This document shows, one piece after another, positions 56,693 through 64,000 of a stretch of DNA of 64,000 bases. The DNA is from an uncultured Candidatus Saccharibacteria bacterium (GTDB lineage: Bacteria; Patescibacteriota; Doudnabacteria; UBA920). The DNA lies in assembly GCA_964556325.1 (NCBI GenBank), contig CAZKVS010000003.1, positions 4,219 through 68,218 of the forward strand, written 5' to 3'. The translations under genes were made by a program, and so were the position numbers. How positions within the stretch are numbered: position 1 is the stretch's first letter; every line of letters starts with the position of its first letter. The notes beneath the pieces are model-generated. The model searched no databases. It worked only from the letters and a program-made list of their open reading frames with translations, and was not told the DNA's origin.

Positions 56693-57796
56693 TTACCAAC
56701 CCTGCTTAATAGACGCAACGATATATTCTCTATCCTCCGGGGTGACCCACCACCCAACCGGTATACACACCATCTCAGTAATAAACTTATCCAGCTCAGG
56801 AAGGGGCCTCTTATATGCTGCCACGGTCGTATGCTTGTCGTTTCGCTCATGTACACGAGATGCCATAATCCCCCGCTCTTTCATGGTCGCTATAAAGCGT
56901 TCTCTCTCTCGCACTTTAATCGTGTAAATCCAATATACACTCTCCCGATCAGGCTCTTCGGCAAGCAAAGCGAGGCCGGGTACTCCAGCCAACTGTTGAT
57001 TGTAAAATGCCGCATTCTCTTTATGTTTTGCGATATTGCCGTCTATATACTTCAACTGCTCAATCCCAATGGTGGCGGCGACATCGTTCATGTGATACTT
57101 AAGCCCCCACTCCAAAACGTCATTCTCACACCGAAAATCAGCTCTAGGGGTTTCTCGGTCAATACCGTACCAGCGTAGCAGTTTTGCACGTTTGTAATCA
57201 GCTTCGCTCTTTGTGACTACCAACCCCCCATCTACCGTGGTCATATGCTTAATAGCTTGAAAACTAAATACACCAAAATCAGACTGAGTTCCAACTGGCA
57301 CACCACGGTACGTTGAGCCAAAGGCATGAGCAGCATCTTCTATCACCTTTAAATTATGCTTTTTCGCAATTGACCATATAGCTTCCATGTCACATGGATA
57401 CCCACCCCAATGCACAACCATGATAGCTTTCGTTTTGTTAGTAATCAGCTGCTCAATACTAAGCGGATTTATATTGGCAGTTTGCTCATCGACATCGGCC
57501 CATACTGGAATAGCCCCTTGCGCCAAGATTGGCCAATTGGTCGCAGTGCAGGTTAATGCGGTTGTAATAACTTCATCGCCCGGCCCCACGTCTGCCAAAC
57601 GAAGCGCAAGCTGCAAGCCCGAGGTCGCTGAATTAACCGTAACCGTGTACGGGGTATGGAGCCGCTCGCTCAACGCGTGCTCAAACTGATCAACCTTAGG
57701 ACCCTGTCCAATGTAACCACTCATAAGAGTCTCGCGTAAAGGTTCCATAACGGACTCAGGCATAAATACTTTAAACAATACAATATTCTGTTTCAT
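56693..57796 (-). CDS. DegT/DnrJ/EryC1/StrS-family sugar aminotransferase (PseC-like)
   Basis: 367 aa; VNSATSGLQLALRL, internal lysine region. Confidence 0.85.
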   Translation of the reverse strand: MKQNIVLFKVFMPESVMEPLRETLMSGYIGQGPKVDQFEHALSERLHTPYTVTVNSATSGLQLALRLADVGPGDEVITTALTCTATNWPILAQGAIPVWADVDEQTANINPLSIEQLITNKTKAIMVVHWGGYPCDMEAIWSIAKKHNLKVIEDAAHAFGSTYRGVPVGTQSDFGVFSFQAIKHMTTVDGGLVVTKSEADYKRAKLLRWYGIDRETPRADFRCENDVLEWGLKYHMNDVAATIGIEQLKYIDGNIAKHKENAAFYNQQLAGVPGLALLAEEPDRESVYWIYTIKVRERERFIATMKERGIMASRVHERNDKHTTVAAYKRPLPELDKFITEMVCIPVGWWVTPEDREYIVASIKQGW

Positions 57797-57843
57797 AAAA
57801 ATCTGTGAATGCTATTTAAGGATTATATTCTAAGCCCACCAGT

Positions 57844-58698
57844 CTAGCCTGCATAAAAACTTGTACCAGATATGAACCCGCCAGGGGCGGCTGGATGAGG
57901 TATGTAAGAAAAATCATATTTATATCCTTTCTCCGCAAGCAAACGAGGAACGTTGTAATGCGTGTACCCTGGATGTTCCCGAGCAATTACAAGAGGTTTG
58001 TCCAGCAGCTCTACTTTATTTTCGCATGTCTGATAGAACCAAACAATATATTGCATTTTTAATTCTAACAGGTCTTGTACCGCGGATAATTCCAAGAAAT
58101 TCACCACCCCATTCAATACCAATATACAATGCTCGCGGCCATACTGAGCAATAATGCTTTCAAGCGCTGCCGTTGGCGACCAGTGAATATCAGGTCTTAG
58201 TTCTGCATTATAGCTCAACGTTTCTGGGCGAATTTCAAGACCATATACACCTGAAACTCGGGAGCCGTATCTATTGGCAAGCTCTTCTGTTAAAAGACCA
58301 GCCCCACAGCCGTAGTCTATAAGCACACACCTATGCGAATCACCAGCCTTGTCGAGCACGTTCCCAACCCGTTCCAAAGCACGACGATAGTTCTGTTCAT
58401 ACATCCCTCGCTTTGCGTTACCTCCGGCCAGGCGCTGTTTGAGGTCATATAAAAATCCTTCCGTTTCTGAGTATCCTGGACGGGTATAGCCAGCTAAGGA
58501 CTTCAAGTATAAACGATCCACAACATAGTAACTCAATCTCCGGGCTACCCATAGATACCGCGCATGCAAGTATAGCCACCGCCTGCCTTTTCCGCGGCGA
58601 AGCACATACTTATACATAGTCGCATACAAAGGATACAGAGGCAGTTCTACGAGTAGTACTAATCGGCTGAATAGCCTAGGCAACTTATTTCTATTCAT
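57844..58698 (-). CDS. class I SAM-dependent methyltransferase (start trimmed to MNRNK)
   Basis: VLIDYGCGAGLLTEEL motif I. Confidence 0.65.
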   Translation of the reverse strand: MNRNKLPRLFSRLVLLVELPLYPLYATMYKYVLRRGKGRRWLYLHARYLWVARRLSYYVVDRLYLKSLAGYTRPGYSETEGFLYDLKQRLAGGNAKRGMYEQNYRRALERVGNVLDKAGDSHRCVLIDYGCGAGLLTEELANRYGSRVSGVYGLEIRPETLSYNAELRPDIHWSPTAALESIIAQYGREHCILVLNGVVNFLELSAVQDLLELKMQYIVWFYQTCENKVELLDKPLVIAREHPGYTHYNVPRLLAEKGYKYDFSYIPHPAAPGGFISGTSFYAG

Positions 58699-60379
58699 GA
58701 GATAACCACTTAGTCGTATACAGAGGATTCTGCCATGCCGGGTTCCCTTCGTCCATAAAATCAACACTGGTGTAATCGTAGCCGGTTATCCGGTAGTTTA
58801 CCCAGTCAGCGAAGAAAGGACGATCTTGACATACAATACCAGCCAAGGCATCAACACCACATCCTACATCAATAAATACTGCATCTGTATATTCCTTAAG
58901 GAGAGGCAATAAAGCTAACTTCGCACTACCTGCTCCAACCAAGAAAATTTTGGCCTTGCTTTTCCGTAGTTGCGGGCCAATCGTTCGGGCTACTTGCTCA
59001 ACATCATCAGCCGCTCCCCGCTGTGGAACTTCTATGTAGTCAGTAAATTGTTCACATCCAATATATGCTTGATATTCCGAAGAACGCATTAACACCTGTA
59101 TAAGGTCAAGCTTCGGCTTGGCGGCAATAATCCCTATCTCGCCCGGAAAGTTTTTGAATATCCACTTAGTCCCGACCAATGCATATACCGCGTCCATGGG
59201 TGGCAAATCTTTTGCCAAAAGACGCTCTGCTTGTCTCTTATAGGCTCCTCGTTCTCGCATTGCAGCTACTGGAATCCAGACTTTCAAGAAAAACCAATTT
59301 CCCGCTATCCATCCAAACAGAGCGTCGAACGCATATTGCATATACAAAGTTGCCCTGGGCCGTTTCAGCTTTCGCCCCATATGTCGAAATATGCTGTCGG
59401 TAAACGTGTAAAATAGGAACTTCTTCCAACGGACAAACATGGGTCGCTCAAAGCTCAGGGCAAGCACATCATTCAGCCACACCAACTTGTAATATAAGTC
59501 CATCTGAATATGGCCATACTCTTTCGTAATTGCTCTTTTACCCGGCTTGGCACTCCCAATAGGTATCTGGCGAAGAAAATAATAATCACCGTCCGATATC
59601 CTTACTATACTTGCGCTCTTCTTTCCATCAACCAAAGCACGAACGTCCGTGCACAACTTCATAAACGATTGCTGAAACGACTTCGGGTATAACCCACGAC
59701 GCGTATAATTCTTTCTGTGGCCCGCATCGTCGGTATGTATTTTTTGTATAAAATAGGTTGTCTGAACGGGTAAGAAACTCAGTTTTCGAAAAACCATTAT
59801 ATCATCCTCCCACCACGGGTAACCAAACCTGCCTATATGCTCGCTCAAAGCCGCCGCGAGACTCGCCGTTGCTTCGGGCCAATAGACCAAACCTCGCTTA
59901 GCTAATTTGCCCTGGATATATTTCTTTGGCCTCGGGTTTTGATGTTGGTCATTATCGTGAGAAATTGCGTTTGACCAAGTTAATACAAGAATATCTTCCA
60001 CAGGTTTAGATACGTTATCCAAAAACACCTCTTCAGATGCTTTCTCAATGTGCTCTCCCACTTCGCTGCAATTTACTATGCTGTAGGTGCGGCCAAGGTC
60101 CTGGGGCTGGGCGAGATCCGTCAAGGTAATAGCATCCCGTACGGAAGGGTCGGCGTATTCTTGCGCCCACTTAAAATAGTCACATCCTTGCAACTGAACA
60201 TGGGGATGACGTTTTTTAATACTCTCTAAAAGCCTGCCGTTGCTACACCCAATGTCTAAAAAGCTATCAACCAGAGAAAAATCAAACACCGTCTCTAGGG
60301 AATCTAAATAAAACTTGTACGGCAACAAGCTACGATCATATTCCTGTTCTGTATACTCTTTTTCCAACTTAGTGTTCAT
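58691..60379 (-). CDS. fusion protein: N-terminal class I SAM methyltransferase + ~350-aa C-terminal domain of unknown function
   Basis: FLDIGCSNGRLLESI motif I; C-terminal IFLVGAGSAKLALLPLL..VFIDVGCG Rossmann-like. Confidence 0.5.
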   Translation of the reverse strand: MNTKLEKEYTEQEYDRSLLPYKFYLDSLETVFDFSLVDSFLDIGCSNGRLLESIKKRHPHVQLQGCDYFKWAQEYADPSVRDAITLTDLAQPQDLGRTYSIVNCSEVGEHIEKASEEVFLDNVSKPVEDILVLTWSNAISHDNDQHQNPRPKKYIQGKLAKRGLVYWPEATASLAAALSEHIGRFGYPWWEDDIMVFRKLSFLPVQTTYFIQKIHTDDAGHRKNYTRRGLYPKSFQQSFMKLCTDVRALVDGKKSASIVRISDGDYYFLRQIPIGSAKPGKRAITKEYGHIQMDLYYKLVWLNDVLALSFERPMFVRWKKFLFYTFTDSIFRHMGRKLKRPRATLYMQYAFDALFGWIAGNWFFLKVWIPVAAMRERGAYKRQAERLLAKDLPPMDAVYALVGTKWIFKNFPGEIGIIAAKPKLDLIQVLMRSSEYQAYIGCEQFTDYIEVPQRGAADDVEQVARTIGPQLRKSKAKIFLVGAGSAKLALLPLLKEYTDAVFIDVGCGVDALAGIVCQDRPFFADWVNYRITGYDYTSVDFMDEGNPAWQNPLYTTKWLSHE

Positions 60380-60391
60380 GGGTAAATAGTT

Positions 60392-61927
60392 TCAATATCG
60401 CTTAATAAAAGACAGAATATAATTCTTTACTAACAGACTGTCTTCTTGTTCGAAAAAACCAAATACTTTATATAACCCTAAAAAGATCAGCACAGCAAGC
60501 GGGCCCAGAACCACCACCTCAACCAAGCCATTAAGCAGAGGCGCCAGTCCCCAATGATACACTACCCAAAAAACCGCGCTCGTACATACCGCTTTACATA
60601 TGAACTGTATATAAAAACGCGCTCTGTGTGGCAACTTCAATATGCGCTGTTCTGTCCACACAATACACCCTATGACAGGTAAAACGGCAAAAAGATACGC
60701 CCACGCGGCCCCTGTGATCCCATATCGAGGTACTGCTATTAGCAACAATCCCACATTCAACACGGCCATGGCACAGGACCACTTCATAAGCTGGGAAATG
60801 TACCCATAACCCGACAAAAAGTTTTGTAAAACTCCGTACAGAGCTAAGAAAAAGTTAGTCCCAACCAACAACACTAAGACGCGCGCACCCTGTTCAGCAA
60901 ATTGTGGTCCAAGCCAAAAACGGAGAAGCGGATCAGCGAACAGCGCGAGCGGCACTGCCATTGCCAGAGTTATGACCAGCATATTTCTCATAACCCGAGT
61001 GTAGACCACTTTGGCTTTTTCGATAGAGCTAACCCCCTGGAGCGAACTCATGAGAGGAAACAACACGCTAGTTGTGCTAGATCCAACTCCATTAATCTTT
61101 TCCGCAACATTGCCGGGCAAACTATAGTAAGACAGCTGTACCGGACTTAAATACAAAGGAATGATAAGTCGGTCAAATTGAGCCAAAGTGTTGTTGGATA
61201 AGTTTGTTATAAAAAACTGGATACCATATCTAAAAGAGCTCTTTATTTCCATTGAATCCCAGCTGAAATGGAATGAATAGTGGGGCAATATATGAGTAAG
61301 ACGCCAACTATATACCACCATACAAACTGTCGCGATGATCATGTTTGAGATGAGTAAAGCCTGTAGGCCAAAACCCTGCACCACCAGGAGTAAACTCACT
61401 AAACTTGCGACTATGTTTTGGACCAAGCCCATACTGACCGTAATGTCATACCGCTGTAACGATTTTAAAACATAGACCGCTACTAAACTCACTGAAGTAG
61501 CCACGTAGGCCAACCCACTATATATAAACGCCTTAAGCACATAGGCGTGCTGATCAGCGGCAACGTGAAACCAATTCAGCCCTACTAGTCCCAACACTAA
61601 AAAGATTAGAAAACCCACTAGTCCCAATATGAAAAAAATAGTGTAGGCCGATCCAAGTAAACGTCTCTGTCCCAACAGGTCTTGCTTCGCAACATACTCC
61701 GCCATCTTTTTTACAATGGCCATCCCCACTCCAAAGTCCATGAGGTTTAAAAAGCCCATAATGGTAGCTGTGAGAAGTAATATACCATAATCGCGAACCC
61801 CAAGCCGGTGAACAATTATCGGGGTAATAAGGATCGTAAATACTAACGGAAAGATATAGCCAAAAAAAGAATAGCCAAAGTTCTTAAGCGTCCGCGCGGA
61901 AAGTGTTTTTGGGTCATCCATTGTCAT
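60392..61927 (-). CDS. Wzx-type oligosaccharide flippase (MOP superfamily)
   Basis: 511 aa, ~12-14 TM. Confidence 0.65.
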   Translation of the reverse strand: MTMDDPKTLSARTLKNFGYSFFGYIFPLVFTILITPIIVHRLGVRDYGILLLTATIMGFLNLMDFGVGMAIVKKMAEYVAKQDLLGQRRLLGSAYTIFFILGLVGFLIFLVLGLVGLNWFHVAADQHAYVLKAFIYSGLAYVATSVSLVAVYVLKSLQRYDITVSMGLVQNIVASLVSLLLVVQGFGLQALLISNMIIATVCMVVYSWRLTHILPHYSFHFSWDSMEIKSSFRYGIQFFITNLSNNTLAQFDRLIIPLYLSPVQLSYYSLPGNVAEKINGVGSSTTSVLFPLMSSLQGVSSIEKAKVVYTRVMRNMLVITLAMAVPLALFADPLLRFWLGPQFAEQGARVLVLLVGTNFFLALYGVLQNFLSGYGYISQLMKWSCAMAVLNVGLLLIAVPRYGITGAAWAYLFAVLPVIGCIVWTEQRILKLPHRARFYIQFICKAVCTSAVFWVVYHWGLAPLLNGLVEVVVLGPLAVLIFLGLYKVFGFFEQEDSLLVKNYILSFIKRY

Positions 61928-62796
61928 GCACGATTATATATTCGACCATAGTGTTTTGATATATTTTCAAAACTAACAGTATCCAAACGTTCCTTTAAAA
62001 TGTCCATGGAGAACGTATTCCGAAAATCTAAAAAAGCGGGAGGGGTAGACTCTGTCCACATGCCGTACTGTAACTGTTCTGGATTGAGCATGCCCTTCTC
62101 AATGCAATATTCTACATCTGACGGGTGCATACCCAGGACGTTTATACGGCCGGGCCAACGACCGGAAAGCGCGCTCTCCTCAACCCAATCAAAGGACAAT
62201 GGATTTTTCGCCCCAATAATCTCCCATCCGTCATGTTTTGCCCACCAGGAACCCCGAAGCTCCAACTGCCAGGGCGTCCACCAGTGCCAAAAGTATTTCA
62301 AAAAGTACTCTCGATTCCATACGGATGTCTGGCACACCAGACGATACGAAGCCTGGGGCAAAAGGGCATAGACTGTCCCCTTCTCGGTTTTTTCTATTTC
62401 CGTAAAGCCTGCAAGAGGTGACCACCCCAGGCCTATCCTACCCACTTTTTTGTGAGCTCGAGCATACGCAAGTAGCCGCTCAAGCACCTCTTCGTTTAAA
62501 GCCTGATTCGGCAAATAATCATCCAGGGTTAAAATAAAATACTCACTCGTTTCATGGTGTTTAATATACTGGTATATATCTCTTGTCCACCTGCGAACAT
62601 CGTTTTTCTGCCTAATAGAAACAAAGTTAAAATTGTTTGGCAGCACGACCGACAATTGCGATTGCCCTAAAATGGTGAAAGACTGCTCCTCTTTTCTGTG
62701 CCAATACTTATTATATAAATAAGCAACTGTAGGCAGGATATGCGCGGTCGCGTCAGAAGTGACAATATAAAATGGTAAGTTCTGTGACATATACAC
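61924..62796 (-). CDS. hypothetical protein, possible GT-A-like glycosyltransferase
   Basis: FILTLDDYLP DXD-like motif, Trp-rich. Confidence 0.35.
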   Translation of the reverse strand: MYMSQNLPFYIVTSDATAHILPTVAYLYNKYWHRKEEQSFTILGQSQLSVVLPNNFNFVSIRQKNDVRRWTRDIYQYIKHHETSEYFILTLDDYLPNQALNEEVLERLLAYARAHKKVGRIGLGWSPLAGFTEIEKTEKGTVYALLPQASYRLVCQTSVWNREYFLKYFWHWWTPWQLELRGSWWAKHDGWEIIGAKNPLSFDWVEESALSGRWPGRINVLGMHPSDVEYCIEKGMLNPEQLQYGMWTESTPPAFLDFRNTFSMDILKERLDTVSFENISKHYGRIYNRA

Positions 62797-62800
62797 CCAA

Positions 62801-63757
62801 TTATCGCACCGAGGGTTGATTGACTATCAAATCCGATATATCAACAGCCGTCATAGGTATGGCATTGGCCGTAGAATAGCAAACTAACACAGGCTCTACA
62901 GCCGGTTGATTAAACGTAATAATAAAATGATCAATGTCATTATATTTTTTTGCTTCTGTATACGGAAGTTCTAAGTCACCAATAAGAAACTCGTCAACCC
63001 GCTCACCAGGACGCTGACCCGTGTACTCCACACTCCCACCTTTAGCCTGCACCCACGTAGTAGCAATATCACCAAGCCTCGCCACCTTCATTGCCCGAGA
63101 CAATACCCGACCGTGTAATTCGTCAATGTGAGTAATGGCAGTTTCAATAAGCTTTACTGCGTCTCCTACAGTGAAGAAGAAACGTCGCATGTCTGGATCA
63201 GTCACCGTAATGGTATTGGTTTGTGCGTGTCGCTCTTTCCACACGGGCAACACAGAACCCGTTGACCACGCCACATTTCCATAACGGACACATACAAACT
63301 GCGTCGAGGCTTTACTATCAAGCCCGCAGAATATCTTTTCCATGACCGCCTTGGACATACCATACATATTGCGCACCGGCGGCGCTGCTTTATCAGTAGA
63401 AATACCTACCACCACTTCTACATTTTGATCCAAAGCGACGCGGGCAACATTCTGAGAACCAAGTACGTTAATATCCACACATTCCATCGGATACTTTTCC
63501 GACAAATCTACATATTTGGTTGCCGCAGCATGAATGATAATATGGGGACGAAACTCATTGACCACGTCGCGAACAGACTCAATGTTTGTAACATCAAGTG
63601 GCGCGACAACACAACCGGTTGCTTTACCGGCTTCCAACATTTGTTTATTATTTCTTGCGCCCAATATTACTGTGTAGCGGTCTTTAAGCGAAACGGCCAA
63701 ATTTCTGCCCAAAAAACCAGTGCCGCCGGTAATCAATATTGTCTTTTTTTCACTCAT
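62801..63757 (-). CDS. UDP-GlcNAc 4,6-dehydratase-like NAD-dependent epimerase/dehydratase (PseB/CapD-like)
   Basis: ILITGGTGFLG, YGMSK, VRYGNVAWSTGSVLPVW, TVTDPDMRRFF. Confidence 0.75.
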   Translation of the reverse strand: MSEKKTILITGGTGFLGRNLAVSLKDRYTVILGARNNKQMLEAGKATGCVVAPLDVTNIESVRDVVNEFRPHIIIHAAATKYVDLSEKYPMECVDINVLGSQNVARVALDQNVEVVVGISTDKAAPPVRNMYGMSKAVMEKIFCGLDSKASTQFVCVRYGNVAWSTGSVLPVWKERHAQTNTITVTDPDMRRFFFTVGDAVKLIETAITHIDELHGRVLSRAMKVARLGDIATTWVQAKGGSVEYTGQRPGERVDEFLIGDLELPYTEAKKYNDIDHFIITFNQPAVEPVLVCYSTANAIPMTAVDISDLIVNQPSVR

Positions 63758-63767
63758 AAAATATAAT

Positions 63768-64000
63768 TTACCACTCTTTAACGGTATCGCGGGTCTTTGC
63801 CTTTACTACCTGATACGCGTCGGTTGCCTTCTTGTCCAAGCTGGGCGATACCAATTTCAGGATGTCGTGACCTAAAATACGATATTGCTTGCCTATCTTA
63901 TTGGCATTCAATAAACCGCTTTTTAATATACGCTTCATGGTACTATTACTTATTTTAAGTAATTCCTGAGTTTCTTTGGTCGTATATACTTCATTTGGAC
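63768..64000 (-). CDS. excisionase/MerR-type helix-turn-helix protein, C-terminal part (5' end off-window)
   Basis: minus-strand translation ...ISNSTMKRILKSGLLNANKIGKQYRI...; stop at 63768-63770. Confidence 0.4.
   Translation of the reverse strand, partial: PNEVYTTKETQELLKISNSTMKRILKSGLLNANKIGKQYRILGHDILKLVSPSLDKKATDAYQVVKAKTRDTVKEW

Noticed and set aside
56011-56856. Long form of the glycan-cluster hypothetical ORF (start 56856)
   Set aside because: It would overlap the DegT gene by 160 nt. The internal start MKYALLI lies 4 nt after the DegT stop and was preferred.
1-64000. CRISPR arrays, rRNA genes, IS elements or transposases
   Set aside because: No regularly spaced direct repeats, no rRNA-like conserved blocks, and no DDE, serine or tyrosine recombinase ORFs were recognised anywhere in the window. 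Only the short repeats listed above were found.

Overview
Gene-dense window (short intergenic spacers, mostly ~150–500 aa proteins, type IV pilus machinery without a secretin, many small hypothetical membrane proteins) that looks like a small-genome, possibly Patescibacteria/CPR-like, bacterium. The left third carries housekeeping and metal-homeostasis genes: NRAMP, VIT1, ZIP, Fur, a multicopper oxidase, Dus, EngB and a partial ABC transporter. The middle carries tRNA-His followed by an island of small genes: two EEP nucleases, a SAM methyltransferase, an RGG/zinc-ribbon/histone-like protein, a cold-shock protein and a beta-lactamase-like protein. This island is bracketed by two paralogous small membrane proteins. 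Next come the rmlBCDA dTDP-rhamnose operon, typA/bipA, holA, and a tRNA-Arg / tRNA-Lys locus in which a GIY-YIG mini-ORF sits between direct repeats of the tRNA-Lys 5' end. The right ~18 kb is a single minus-strand supercluster. It encodes glycan biosynthesis genes (PseB/PseC-like dehydratase and aminotransferase, four methyltransferases, GT2 and GT4 glycosyltransferases, a Wzx flippase and a WbaP-like priming transferase) running directly into pilB-pilC-pilM-pilN-pilO. The most interesting candidates are (i) the GIY-YIG/tRNA-Lys repeat locus, (ii) the heavily methylated amino-deoxy-sugar glycan cluster fused to the pilus operon, and (iii) a Fur-divergent cluster of two aminotransferases, an orphan protein and a CooC-like ATPase guarded by a perfect palindrome. 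Several orphan structured non-coding regions are also flagged. No CRISPR array, rRNA or transposase was seen.
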